The position numbers and the translations under genes were made by a program. From Nitrososphaeria archaeon (GTDB lineage: Archaea > Thermoproteota > Nitrososphaeria > Nitrososphaerales > JAAOZN01): a stretch of 56,268 nt of DNA. The stretch's first letter is position 1. The number at the start of each line of letters is the position of its first letter. This document shows positions 10,417-20,305 of this stretch, one piece after another. Where the stretch lies: contig JARVJZ010000005.1 in the NCBI GenBank assembly GCA_029775855.1, forward strand, positions 135,817 to 192,084, in the 5' to 3' direction. The notes below the pieces were generated by a model that was not told the DNA's origin, did not search any database, and saw only the letters and a program-made list of their open reading frames with translations.

Positions 10417-11712
10417 ATGCTAGAAAGTGTAGCTGAAATAAGGGACCCAGTTCACGGATACATAAGCGTTACAGAAGTAGAGAAGGCTATAATGGATCTA
10501 CCAGTGTTTCAGAGGCTCAGAAGGATAAGGCAGCTCGCAGGGGCACATTTAACATATCCCGGCGCGCAGCACAGCAGATTTGAACACTCTCTAGGCACAC
10601 TTCACCTCTGCGGTATAGCGGTGAACATGCTTGCTCAGAAGACTCCTTTGACAGAAGAGGGTGCCCAAGAGGTTAGGCTCGCAGCCATGCTTCACGACTT
10701 AGGACATGGACCTTTCTCTCATGTTATTGAGGAGGTTATGGTTGAGAGGAGAGGAATTACGCATGAGGATGTAACTAAGCGTGTCATAAAAGAGACGGAG
10801 GTTAAAGATGTGGTTAATCGGTATGGTTTTGATGTTGAAGTGTTATCAGAATTCTCCTTAGGCCTCTCTCCTGCTCGACCAAAATTCCTTAACGAAGTTG
10901 TAGGCGGGGGGCTTAGCGTTGATATAATGGATTATCTTCTAAGGGATTCATACTTTACTGGAGTGGAGTATGGTAAGATCGATGCCCACCGCATCATAAA
11001 CTCATTCGAGGTAGTTCAAGACCACTTAGCACTCGATCAGGCTGCACTCTACGCATTCGAAGCCCTTATGGTCGCAAGGTATGAAATGTTCAGAGCGGTC
11101 TACTTTCACAGAACGGTTAGGGCTGCTGAGCTCATGCTGATAAGGTCTTTCACACTAGCAGATGATTATCTAAATATAACGGACACAACGGATTTAACAA
11201 AATACCTCTCTCAAGCAGATGAAACACTCCTAGAGGAGCTTGTAAGACTAGATACGCACGGAAGGTCAGACCTCAAGAAGGCAAAAGAACTAGCCTTAGC
11301 CTACAAGAACCGCAGCCTCTTAAAATGCGTCTTCGAAAAACTCATACACAGAAAAGATCAGCTTATGGAGAGACTTTTCAGCCAAAAGAGAATAAGGGAG
11401 GAGATAGCATCTAAGATAGCAAGTGAAGCAAACATTTCTCCCGAGGATGTTTACATAGATGTTCCAACAACCCCATCTGTGCCCTACACCTCAGATAGAA
11501 AGGCTCTGACATCAATAATATTAGCCACTCGAACTCAAGCTGGGCTTACACACCACGATATTAGACTAGATCAGCTTCCGCTGGTTGGGGCAATATCAGG
11601 CTTCTTCGATATACTAAGAGTTTATACATCTCATTCTGAGCGTCGAAGAGTTCAGGAGGCTGCTGAAAGGTTCTTCGGCAAAGAAGGTTATGTTACCAAG
11701 ATCTCAATGTAG
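10417..11712 (+). CDS. HD-domain phosphohydrolase (dNTP triphosphohydrolase / SAMHD1-like)
   Basis: RDPVHG, FQRLRRIRQL, HSRFEHSLG, LHDLGHGPFSH, DYLLRD, YFHRTVR. Confidence 0.9.
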   Translation: MLESVAEIRDPVHGYISVTEVEKAIMDLPVFQRLRRIRQLAGAHLTYPGAQHSRFEHSLGTLHLCGIAVNMLAQKTPLTEEGAQEVRLAAMLHDLGHGPFSHVIEEVMVERRGITHEDVTKRVIKETEVKDVVNRYGFDVEVLSEFSLGLSPARPKFLNEVVGGGLSVDIMDYLLRDSYFTGVEYGKIDAHRIINSFEVVQDHLALDQAALYAFEALMVARYEMFRAVYFHRTVRAAELMLIRSFTLADDYLNITDTTDLTKYLSQADETLLEELVRLDTHGRSDLKKAKELALAYKNRSLLKCVFEKLIHRKDQLMERLFSQKRIREEIASKIASEANISPEDVYIDVPTTPSVPYTSDRKALTSIILATRTQAGLTHHDIRLDQLPLVGAISGFFDILRVYTSHSERRRVQEAAERFFGKEGYVTKISM

Positions 11713-11720
11713 GTGTTAGA

Positions 11721-12395
11721 TTGCCTAAAGAGCGCTTAGATGCTGCAACTTTAGTTACAGAGATCTCTAACATGTTAAAGCAGATAGATTCTGGAGATGT
11801 GACCGCCTTAGACACGGTATCACGGAGGGCAGACCCGTTTAAGGTTCTCATAGCTACTATACTGTCACATAGAACTAGAGATAAGGCAACGATTGTGGCA
11901 TCAGAAAACCTTTTTAGGGTTTATAGTAGCGCAAAGGAGCTCTCTGAAGCTGATATAAGTGAAATCGAAGCCCTAATAAAGCCAGTAGGATTCTACCGGG
12001 TAAAAGCCAAACGGATAAAAGAGGTTTCAAAGATAATATACGAAAAGTATGGTGGAGTTGTGCCAGATGATTTCAACACACTACTCTCCCTACCATCCGT
12101 AGGTAGAAAGACCGCTAACTGTGTTCTAGTCTACGGCTTTGGAAGACCCGCGATACCAGTAGATACACATGTGCACAGAATATCCAATAGACTAGGTTTA
12201 GTCAGCACCAAAACACCGTATGAAACCGAGGAAGCGTTGAAAAAGGTCATAGATGTGAAGTTTTGGCTCGATATTAACGATCTGCTCGTAAGATTCGGGC
12301 AGAAGATATGTAAACCCATCAAACCTAAATGTGATTTCTGCACACTCAAAAGATTCTGCAGATTTTACCAGTCAATGCAGAAACAAATAGCATAA
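11721..12395 (+). CDS. nth: endonuclease III
   Basis: HhH motif LPSVGRKTAN, VDTHVHR, C-terminal CKPIKPKCDFC-x5-C Fe-S motif. Confidence 0.93.
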   Translation: MPKERLDAATLVTEISNMLKQIDSGDVTALDTVSRRADPFKVLIATILSHRTRDKATIVASENLFRVYSSAKELSEADISEIEALIKPVGFYRVKAKRIKEVSKIIYEKYGGVVPDDFNTLLSLPSVGRKTANCVLVYGFGRPAIPVDTHVHRISNRLGLVSTKTPYETEEALKKVIDVKFWLDINDLLVRFGQKICKPIKPKCDFCTLKRFCRFYQSMQKQIA

Positions 12396-12421
12396 CATCT
12401 TAGAATAAAAGCGTTTTATAA

Positions 12422-13228
12422 GTGGAGAGATTAAGGTGTGGTGTGAGGAACCTTCTAAAAGAGAAGCTGAAGCAGGGGAAAGCAGCGTTCGGCACCTTTC
12501 TGACCATAGGGCACCCAGATGTAGCTGAAATAATAGGTTCAGTAGGCTTTGACTTCGTAGTCTTCGATATGGAGCACGCGCCTCTTGACTTTGGTATTGT
12601 TCAATCTATGATGCAAGCTATGAGCTACTCTGAGACAACACCGCTCATAAGAGTTGCTTGGAACGACTTGGTCCTATTTAAACAAGCTCTGGATATAGGT
12701 GCACACGGCTTGGTTATACCTTGGGTAAACTCCGGAGACGAAGCAGAGTATGCGGTGAAGGCTGCTAAATATCCGCCCAGAGGCATCAGAGGCTTTGGAC
12801 CTAGGCGTGCAGCTTTAAGGGACAGAGACTACACTGCAACAGCTGACAGTGAAACTATGCTCATAGTGCAGATAGAAACCAAAACTGCATTAAATAACTT
12901 GGACAGCATCTTTTCGGTAGATGGCGTAGATGCTTGCTTCATAGGCCCTATGGACTTCACGATGTCTCTAGGTATACTTGGTCAACTTGAGCATCCATCA
13001 TTCGAAGAAGCGCTTGTGAAGGTGGTTGAGTCTTCAAAGAAGCATAACGTTATCCCAGGTATAGCGACGGTTCCGATAGAGGGTAGAGGGTATATGCCGG
13101 ATCTAGCCAAGGTTTTGGGGATGGGCTTTAAGATGATAAGCTTGGGCTATGATTTGGGTTTCCTTAGAAAGAGTGCAGCAGAATTACTGTCTTCCGCTAT
13201 AAGCCTCGCTTCTGGTCAAGCACCTTAG
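12422..13228 (+). CDS. HpcH/HpaI family aldolase
   Basis: DMEH, LDIGAHG, YPPRGIRG, QIET, FIGPMD. True start may be about 12443. Confidence 0.88.
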   Translation: MERLRCGVRNLLKEKLKQGKAAFGTFLTIGHPDVAEIIGSVGFDFVVFDMEHAPLDFGIVQSMMQAMSYSETTPLIRVAWNDLVLFKQALDIGAHGLVIPWVNSGDEAEYAVKAAKYPPRGIRGFGPRRAALRDRDYTATADSETMLIVQIETKTALNNLDSIFSVDGVDACFIGPMDFTMSLGILGQLEHPSFEEALVKVVESSKKHNVIPGIATVPIEGRGYMPDLAKVLGMGFKMISLGYDLGFLRKSAAELLSSAISLASGQAP

Positions 13229-14285
13229 GATTGATAATCCAATATGGTTTCTCACCTTTGATGAACCTAGCTACATTTTCAGCAGCCATATTTGCTGCCT
13301 TTTGTAGAGACTCGAAGGTGCTTCCAGCTGAGTGAGGTGTAAGCATTATATTTTCTAGCTTCACTAGAGGGTTATTTGAGACCGGGGGTTCTTGTTCAAA
13401 TACGTCAAGGGCAGCGCCTGAGATCCACCCTTCTTTAAGCGCTTTGACTAAAGCTTCTTCTTTAACTATTCCACCCCTAGAGACGTTTATTAGTAGGGCG
13501 TTCTTCTTCATGCTTCTAAGTTCTTCCTCACCTATCATATACTTGGTTTCTGGCGTAAGGGGTAAGGTTAATGCCACGATGTCCGATTTTTGCAGCAGTT
13601 CTTTTAACTCAGCTCTCTCTACATTGCTCTTTAGAAATACTTCTTCTTTTTGGTATGGATCGTAAGCGACTACTTTCATCTTAAATGCGTGCGCTATTTC
13701 TGCTGTTCTCTGCCCTATGTTTCCTAACCCTATTAGCCCTAAACATTTGCCTTGTAATTCATAGCCTATTAGCGTGCGCCACCCTCCGGCTTTTATTAAC
13801 GCATTTCCTTCAATTATTCTCTTTGAATGAGCTGTTATGAAACCCCAGATGTGCTGAGCAACTGACTCAGTCATAGCCGTAGGTGTGTTGCAGACCAAGA
13901 TACCCCTTCTAGTTGCTGCCTCTACATCAATATTGTCTACACCAACACCAACTCTTTGAATTAGGTTTAGCGAGTCAGCTTTTTCTATTACCTCCTTAGA
14001 TACATTCGCTACAGTAACCACTAACACATTCTTACCTCTTATATCATCTATTAACCTCCCCTCCTCAAGCACATCCCTTAGTTCAGCGTGCACACCTTTC
14101 TCAGCCAAGGCTTCTGGAATCAGATTCCCATAAACTCTGCCAAAAACTTCTGCTAAAATATTGAATCTTTTAGATAAATCTAACCTCATAGCCGGTCTCT
14201 TTCTACTATGCAAATTTAAAGCTTTTAAGCATACTATGAACATAAATTTACCCGATAAATTAAAATAGCTGACAACATACACCAT
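13197..14285 (-). CDS. D-isomer-specific 2-hydroxyacid dehydrogenase (SerA/glyoxylate-reductase-like)
   Basis: GVGVDNID, GLIGLGNIG, INVSRG, LDVFEQEP, TPHSAG. True start likely ATG near 14189. Confidence 0.88.
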   Translation of the reverse strand: MVYVVSYFNLSGKFMFIVCLKALNLHSRKRPAMRLDLSKRFNILAEVFGRVYGNLIPEALAEKGVHAELRDVLEEGRLIDDIRGKNVLVVTVANVSKEVIEKADSLNLIQRVGVGVDNIDVEAATRRGILVCNTPTAMTESVAQHIWGFITAHSKRIIEGNALIKAGGWRTLIGYELQGKCLGLIGLGNIGQRTAEIAHAFKMKVVAYDPYQKEEVFLKSNVERAELKELLQKSDIVALTLPLTPETKYMIGEEELRSMKKNALLINVSRGGIVKEEALVKALKEGWISGAALDVFEQEPPVSNNPLVKLENIMLTPHSAGSTFESLQKAANMAAENVARFIKGEKPYWIINPKVLDQKRGL

Positions 14286-14307
14286 ACTTAAACAGAAGGG
14301 CTATCCA

Positions 14308-15480
14308 TTGCTAAACCCAGCGCAAGAGCGCACCGCTATGCTAGTTGATCTTATCCTACTTTATGGACCAAGCAACTATTCACAGATCGCGCGGAGTATA
14401 GGTCTACCAGAAGAAACTGTGAGATATAAGATTAATGTTCAGCTTCCTCGTCGCGGTTTAAAGATACACGCAATACCCAACTACTTTAGGCTGGGGCTGC
14501 GTCGCAAGATTGTTGAATTAACATTTAATAGGCTTACAGCTTCTAAGGCTTCAGAGGCGTTTGCTAAATCCGCTCCAGAGCTCTATCTGACCTATATCGG
14601 TAAAGACATTCACAGCAGGAGTTTTTCACTATTCTCCGCTGTCCCTAATACATATTGGTCTTCGTATTTGGACTTTTTAAATTATTTTGTTGAACGCCAA
14701 GTCATAGAAGCATATAGCGCTGAGGATGTGTGGTGGCAGAGATACATTCCGTTTAACGCTAAACTCTTTGACTTTGAGCGTGGTGAGTGGCTCTTTGATT
14801 TGGAGAAGATAAAGTCATCTAAGGTTGAAATCCCTGTTATAAAACCCTTAGATGAAGGTTTGTTTGAGCAAGATTACCTTGATTTAGTGATTTTATCAGA
14901 GCTTCAGTTTAATGCAAGCACACCTTTATCAAAAATTGCGGCTAATATCGGGGAAAATCCAGATAACATCTACTACCATTACACCAATCATATAAAAGCT
15001 AGAGAACTTATTTCACAATATGCCGTAGGCTGGGTCGGCGAAGGCACATATAGAGCTGATAACGTCAGCCAAGTCTTGTTCACAATAAAAGAGGTTACTC
15101 AAAGCGCTTTACAAGAGGTGCGGAGACTCTTCTACAACTTCCCCTTCTCTTGGCTAGAGTTAATAACCAGAGAAGGAAACTACAACGTTTTCCTCAACAT
15201 CCCCTCACAATACCTGAACCTCTCCCTCCACTATCTAAACAGACAGTTAAATAGCATTACAGAAAGCGTCAGTGTAAAACTATTTGACCCATTCGAGTCG
15301 TTGGGCTTCCCACTCCCCCTCAAAATGTTCGATGATAAGAAGAAGTGGGTATTTAATGAGGCGCAAACCATAAGGCAGTTTGAATCCTTCTTCCTAAGAA
15401 GTATAGAAATATCACCAGTAGCCTTTCCACGAATCTTACCTGCGAACTCTGAAAGGTTAGCGACAAATATTCCCATCTAA
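14308..15480 (+). CDS. tandem Lrp/AsnC-like transcriptional regulator
   Basis: Two HTH-like segments (YSQIARSIGLPEETVRY; DLVILSELQFNA..LSKIAANIG), each followed by an alpha/beta region; divergent from the dehydrogenase. Confidence 0.65.
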   Translation: MLNPAQERTAMLVDLILLYGPSNYSQIARSIGLPEETVRYKINVQLPRRGLKIHAIPNYFRLGLRRKIVELTFNRLTASKASEAFAKSAPELYLTYIGKDIHSRSFSLFSAVPNTYWSSYLDFLNYFVERQVIEAYSAEDVWWQRYIPFNAKLFDFERGEWLFDLEKIKSSKVEIPVIKPLDEGLFEQDYLDLVILSELQFNASTPLSKIAANIGENPDNIYYHYTNHIKARELISQYAVGWVGEGTYRADNVSQVLFTIKEVTQSALQEVRRLFYNFPFSWLELITREGNYNVFLNIPSQYLNLSLHYLNRQLNSITESVSVKLFDPFESLGFPLPLKMFDDKKKWVFNEAQTIRQFESFFLRSIEISPVAFPRILPANSERLATNIPI

Positions 15481-15552
15481 AGCGTTTTATTTAAACTTCA
15501 ACTGTTGCCCATCTTTAAAACCTTATATATTCTCCCTTGAAAAAACATTATA

Positions 15553-16317
15553 ATGCTTCGCTTCGAATTACATTATACGTTATGCTTAGCTGCAGCAGTA
15601 ATTCTCGGATTAGTTTATGCCTTTCAAAACTTCTACCCAGACTTCATGTATATCTTCTCAAACGCTTCCCCGCTTTTTGTAGCTGGTGCTGCAGCCGCCA
15701 CAGCCTACATGGCTCTAAATAAGTATGCACACAATCTTAGGCTGCGTTTCTCTATTATTTGGCTCTGCTTCGCTATCGGGATAACTCTTTGGTTTCTCGG
15801 CGAACTCAGCTGGTCAATCTACACCTTGATTTTAGGTGTTGAAACACCTTATCCTTCTCTTGCAGACGCATTTTGGCTAAGTGGTTACGCCCCACTCTTC
15901 GCAGCACTACTACTGTACGTGAAAAATTTTCGGCTGGTGCTGAGTAAGCTGGTAGTAAGTGTTAATCTAACCATCATTGTTATGCTATGCATTCTTTTAT
16001 CTGTCTATGTGATTCCACAGATTGCTACTGAACAGACAAATTTAACAGTATTAATCTTAGGTCTAGCCTATCCGATTTTAGATCTTATCCTACTCTCTCT
16101 AGCGATATTTGGCTCCATAGTATTCTTCAAGGGCAGTCTAGGTAGGTCGTGGCTGCTGATAAGCCTGGCATTAATCTTCATTTGCGTGGCTGATATACTC
16201 TTCACCTACACCACTCTTCAAGAAACCTACTTTAATGGTCATCCACTTGAATTATTCTTCCACTGGGGCTACATATTGTATGCTCTAGCATTCTATGTGC
16301 ATATAAAGGAACTCTGA
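15553..16317 (+). CDS. integral membrane protein resembling a stand-alone 7TM sensor domain
   Basis: Hydrophobic helices with W.LGELSW..Y, PYPSLADAFWLSGY, LAYPILD and ADILF motifs seen in membrane sensor N-termini; no output domain. Confidence 0.6.
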   Translation: MLRFELHYTLCLAAAVILGLVYAFQNFYPDFMYIFSNASPLFVAGAAAATAYMALNKYAHNLRLRFSIIWLCFAIGITLWFLGELSWSIYTLILGVETPYPSLADAFWLSGYAPLFAALLLYVKNFRLVLSKLVVSVNLTIIVMLCILLSVYVIPQIATEQTNLTVLILGLAYPILDLILLSLAIFGSIVFFKGSLGRSWLLISLALIFICVADILFTYTTLQETYFNGHPLELFFHWGYILYALAFYVHIKEL

Positions 16318-16354
16318 AGCAAATTGTTTATCAGCGTGGCGAAGAAGGTATGCC

Positions 16355-16729
16355 TCAAGTTGTTAGGTTTAAAATCGCCTTAGCAAGGTCGCCATCAGCA
16401 TCAGTAAGCGCAGCTATCGCCTTTTCTCGTGAAACATTTGCCTGCTGCATCACCAAGGCTATATCTTCCTCGCTAAACTTAGGTCGCTCCCTTAAGCGCT
16501 CCTCCAAATCCCCCCCTGAAACCTGAAAGATCCTTAACCCCTTAACACTCATCTCCGAAACACTAGGAGCCTTGATAATCAAATCTTTATCTGAAGTCCT
16601 TATGATAACTTCCTCAACATTAGGAACCTCCTGAAGGTCAACACCCATCTTCTCAAGCATTCTACGTGTCTGCCGACTATCAAAACCCATCTTCAAGGCT
16701 TTACCAAAAAGGTGAGGGAGCTTAAACAC
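16355..16729 (-). CDS. nac: nascent polypeptide-associated complex protein
   Basis: RRMLEKMGV, VEEVIIRT, C-terminal UBA-like EDIALVMQQANVS...GDLAKAI. Start likely ATG near 16690. Confidence 0.9.
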   Translation of the reverse strand: MFKLPHLFGKALKMGFDSRQTRRMLEKMGVDLQEVPNVEEVIIRTSDKDLIIKAPSVSEMSVKGLRIFQVSGGDLEERLRERPKFSEEDIALVMQQANVSREKAIAALTDADGDLAKAILNLTT

Positions 16730-17206
16730 TTAAGCGTTTCCCGTCTGCTCTGCGCCCACAGAGGCTCTAACCTTCACAGCCACACCGAGATCAAAACTCT
16801 TCATCATCTTAGCTGAAAGCACCGCTCTACCTACAGCCAACAACTTACCTTCCGCGCTGAGAATAGCAACCTCAGAACTAGGTCTCACCCTTTTACCAAC
16901 CTTGCGTACGTGCTTAGCAAAGACCGATTTACCCAACCTTATGTACTCCTCAGCTTCCCTAGAAACAGTTACGCAGTTCTCTTTGAAGGTTTTAGATCTT
17001 AGCAGCATCTGAGCACCATAGAGGGTAAGTGCTAGACCTCCGTCAGGTCTCAGCGTTGCGAGGAGCTTGCCGTCTACATATATGTGCTTCATTCTGCCCG
17101 TCTTCTTAGAGTATTCTACACTTACTTCTCTATCTTTTAGCGCTTTACCCACACCTAAACCGAATATGTAATCCAGCATAGCTTCTACAATTTTACGCTG
17201 CTCCAA
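16730..17206 (-). CDS. PUA domain protein (archaeosine TGT C-terminal-like)
   Basis: DYIFG.G, SKKTGRM, GKSVFAKHV, AVGRAVLS...GVAVKVR. Confidence 0.85.
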   Translation of the reverse strand: MEQRKIVEAMLDYIFGLGVGKALKDREVSVEYSKKTGRMKHIYVDGKLLATLRPDGGLALTLYGAQMLLRSKTFKENCVTVSREAEEYIRLGKSVFAKHVRKVGKRVRPSSEVAILSAEGKLLAVGRAVLSAKMMKSFDLGVAVKVRASVGAEQTGNA

Positions 17207-17314
17207 ACTATCCAGTTAGTAAAAAACTTTCAATACTAAACCTTTGCTTACAAGAGGCTTCTAACCGCTAAAGATATTATACCCATCTACTAAAGTTATA
17301 GAGAAGGACACAGA

Positions 17315-17731
17315 TTGATGCTAAGATGTGAAGTCTGCGGAAACCCCATATATGGAGCCGTGAACACAGTTCAGATAGATGGAAGCACGCTGCAAGTCTG
17401 CCAAAACTGCGTGCGCCTAGGTAAACCGACGCGCCAGACAAAAGAGGGTAGTAAATCACCGCCCTTTAAATCATCTACACCCAAACCAGTTAAACCAGAA
17501 AAGCTGCTCGACGAATTAGAGCTAAAAGAAGACTACCACAAGATAATCAAGCAGACACGTGAGAAACTAGGGTTATCCCAAGAAGCCCTCGGAAGAAAGA
17601 TCAACGAAAAACCCTCTGTCATAAGGCTGCTTGAGAGCGGTAAACTTAAACCCGATAATATGCTCGCTAGAAAACTAGAACACTTCCTAAAGGTGCAGCT
17701 ACTTGTGCCTCCGCTAGAAGAGGAACTCTAA
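17315..17731 (+). CDS. mbf1: archaeal multiprotein bridging factor 1
   Basis: CEVCG..C..C zinc ribbon plus HTH (REKLGLSQEALG..INEK.S.I..LESG). Confidence 0.92.
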   Translation: MMLRCEVCGNPIYGAVNTVQIDGSTLQVCQNCVRLGKPTRQTKEGSKSPPFKSSTPKPVKPEKLLDELELKEDYHKIIKQTREKLGLSQEALGRKINEKPSVIRLLESGKLKPDNMLARKLEHFLKVQLLVPPLEEEL

Positions 17732-17742
17732 GAGGCTTAAAC

Positions 17743-18864
17743 ATGAGCCTTCTTAAGCGAGCCGTCCTAGTTACCTACCCTAACCAATTCATTCTCCAAG
17801 AAGCAAAGGAGCTAGCCAAAGCAGCAGGATACGAAGTAGTCGAAGTCTTGACTCAAAGATATCTGATGCACAGCAAATATGGTTTAGGCTCAGGCAAAGC
17901 AGAAGAGCTTAAAGAGATCGTGGCAAAAAGGGGCTGCAATGTCATTCTCTTTGATGAAAGCTTAAAGTCTGTTCAAATCTACAACCTCACCAAGCTCACG
18001 GGCGTAGAGATAATAGATAGAGAGAAGCTCATCCTAGAGATCTTTGCTAAACGAGCATCAAGCCGTGAATCAAAGCTTCAAGTCAGACTAGCAGAACTAG
18101 AATACGAGATGGCAAGAGCAAAGGAGAAAGTGAGGCTGGCAAAGCTCGGTGAGCAACCAGGCTTCTATGGGTTAGGGGGCTACGAAGTCGACGTATATTA
18201 CCGCGCTATAAAACGCATGACAACCTCTATTAAAGAGAAGCTGATGAAGGTGAGAAAGCATAGAGAACTGTATAGACAGAGAAGACTTAAGCTAGGAATG
18301 CCAACAATCTCCCTAGCTGGGTATACTGGTGCAGGCAAGACAACTCTCTTCAACCTCTTAACACAAGAAGATAAGGAAGTGTCAAACAGCGCATTTACCA
18401 CATTAACAACGTCAACTAGATCAATCACCTTACCACACGGCAAAGCACTACTATCTGACACAGTCGGCTTCATAAGCAGACTACCAACATACATGATAGA
18501 AGCATTCAAAGCCACACTTGAAGAAATGACTTACGCAAACCTAGTCCTACTACTACTTGACAGCAGCGACCCACCAGCAGAGCTGCGTAGAAAGTATGAA
18601 AGCTGCACAAAGATACTCTCAGAAATAGGAGTACCAATAGAAAAAACGCTGACTATCTATAACAAAGCAGACCTCTGTAGTAGAGAAGAGATTGAAGAGA
18701 AAGTCAAAACCCTACCCAACGACATAAATGAGGCAGTCTTCATCTCAGCAAAGACTGGTAAAGGACTAAAGATCTTAACTGACTTAATCGACGCTAGACT
18801 CTTTAGCACACAAGAATTACCAAAGAAAGCACTCGTAGATATTAGAAGATTAGCGGAGACTTGA
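17743..18864 (+). CDS. hflX: GTPase HflX
   Basis: ILEIFAKRA, GYTGAGKTT, DTVGFI, NKAD, SAK. Confidence 0.95.
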   Translation: MSLLKRAVLVTYPNQFILQEAKELAKAAGYEVVEVLTQRYLMHSKYGLGSGKAEELKEIVAKRGCNVILFDESLKSVQIYNLTKLTGVEIIDREKLILEIFAKRASSRESKLQVRLAELEYEMARAKEKVRLAKLGEQPGFYGLGGYEVDVYYRAIKRMTTSIKEKLMKVRKHRELYRQRRLKLGMPTISLAGYTGAGKTTLFNLLTQEDKEVSNSAFTTLTTSTRSITLPHGKALLSDTVGFISRLPTYMIEAFKATLEEMTYANLVLLLLDSSDPPAELRRKYESCTKILSEIGVPIEKTLTIYNKADLCSREEIEEKVKTLPNDINEAVFISAKTGKGLKILTDLIDARLFSTQELPKKALVDIRRLAET

Positions 18865-18868
18865 TTAG

Positions 18869-19429
18869 ATGCTGAAGCCTCAAACCTGGGTGCTTCGATT
18901 AGGGCATAGATTTGTTAGAGACGACAGATTAACCACACACGTAGGTCTTGTTGCACGAGCATTTGGAGCTTCAGGCATATACATCGTTGGAGGCGAGGCG
19001 TTCGTGAAAGCATCTATAGACAAAGTTACAGAAACATGGGGTGGCCCTTTTACAGTAGAGTTGGTAGAAGACTGGCGCACCTTAATCAGAAGTTGGAAGA
19101 ATAAAGATGGTCTTGTGGTACACTTAACGATGTATGGGGTCCCTGTTGATGAGGTGATTGATGAGATACGCTCGGCAAACAAAGAGCTGCTAATAGTAGT
19201 TGGTGCAGAAAAAGTTCCCAAAGAAATATTTCATGAAGCCGATTATAATGTTGCGATAGGAAACCAGCCTCACTCCGAAGCCGCTGCTTTAGCAGTATTC
19301 TTAGACCGCCTTTATAGAGGGGAAGAGTTTAAAAAATCGTTCAACCACTCTAAATTAAGGATCATGCCAAGCAGCAGAGGTAAGAAGGTAGTCTCCTTAA
19401 AAGAAGAAGAGGATAGTGGTGAAAAATGA
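18869..19429 (+). CDS. trm56: tRNA (cytidine56-2'-O)-methyltransferase
   Basis: LRLGHR..RD.R.TTHV.L.ARAFGA, VHLTMYG, GAEKVP, NQPHSE. Confidence 0.95.
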   Translation: MLKPQTWVLRLGHRFVRDDRLTTHVGLVARAFGASGIYIVGGEAFVKASIDKVTETWGGPFTVELVEDWRTLIRSWKNKDGLVVHLTMYGVPVDEVIDEIRSANKELLIVVGAEKVPKEIFHEADYNVAIGNQPHSEAAALAVFLDRLYRGEEFKKSFNHSKLRIMPSSRGKKVVSLKEEEDSGEK

Positions 19430-19929
19430 GGATAGAATATGAAGACTCCTTGGTGAAGATAGCAGGACTGCTTGGAGGCGAAGAGTACATCAAAGTAGCA
19501 AGAGCTCTACTGAACAACGAGGACTCAACTGATGAAGAGATCGCAAGCGCAACAGGTCTAAAGATTAATACAGTCAGAAGAGTGTTATACGACCTATTTG
19601 GAAGGTCATTAATAAGCGGGATAAGGGTTAGAGACCTTAAGAGAGGATGGTACGTCTACAGATGGAGAGCCCAAAGAGAGCAGGTAGATGGATTCATCGA
19701 GATGCAGAAGCGGAAGCTGATTGAGAAGTTGAGGCAGAGACTTGCCTACGAAGAGCAGCACGAATTCTACCACTGCAACAACCCAAACTGCACAAAAAAA
19801 ACCTTTGAGCAAGCAATCGAAAGCTTCTTCAAATGCACAACTTGCGGCGCTCTACTTAATAGGGTCAATAACGAAGACCTAATAAAGCTGCTGAGGTGGA
19901 AGATTAATCATATACAGTCAGAATCATAG
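19426..19929 (+). CDS. tfe: transcription factor E (TFIIE alpha)
   Basis: Winged helix TDEEIA..TG...N.VRR.LY.L, GWY.Y.W, zinc ribbon C..C/C..CG. Confidence 0.92.
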   Translation: MRIEYEDSLVKIAGLLGGEEYIKVARALLNNEDSTDEEIASATGLKINTVRRVLYDLFGRSLISGIRVRDLKRGWYVYRWRAQREQVDGFIEMQKRKLIEKLRQRLAYEEQHEFYHCNNPNCTKKTFEQAIESFFKCTTCGALLNRVNNEDLIKLLRWKINHIQSES

Positions 19930-19938
19930 CGTCAAGGA

Positions 19939-19946
19939 TTTAAGTA
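19939..19946 (+). promoter_or_regulatory. TATA box of the tRNA-iMet gene
   Basis: TTTAAGTA about 25-30 nt upstream of the tRNA 5' end. Confidence 0.55.
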
Positions 19947-19968
19947 TGTGCAAAATCAACCTTTAGAC

Positions 19969-20062
19969 AGCGGGGTGGGGAAGCCAGACAAACGTTGGGC
20001 AAGGTTATCCCGGCGGGCTCATAACCCGCAGAGCGGTCGTTCAAATCGACCCCCCGCTACCA
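19969..20062 (+). tRNA. initiator tRNA-Met(CAT) with a 16-nt D-loop intron (about 19988-20003)
   Basis: Acceptor AGCGGGG/CCCCGCT (A1-U72) plus ACCA; D stem GGGA/TCCC; anticodon stem GCGGG/CCCGC with loop CTCATAA; T arm GGTCG-TTCAAAT-CGACC. Removing ACAAACGTTGGGCAAG restores a normal D loop AGCCAGGTTA. Confidence 0.93.
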
Positions 20063-20305
20063 TACTTATTGGCGAAGCTCCTAAGATGCATTGCGTTTAG
20101 AAAAGAAGAAATCTTCTAGCTGAGAGATTAGAACCTCAACTTATCAATAGTAGAAGAATGTTTAATGGAATTGCATTGATTTATGTAAACTTTAGCATCT
20201 TATTGAAATACTAAATCATATAGCTTAAGTTTTCTTTCAAAAAGTATATGATAAAATTCTTTGTGAAAAGGTTTATAACATCGGTAGATTCTTCTATTAA
20301 CTGAG

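Noticed and set aside
10417-11712. HD/dNTPase as an antiviral defence gene
   Set aside because: It sits in a tmk-HD-nth housekeeping context, with no defence-island neighbours.
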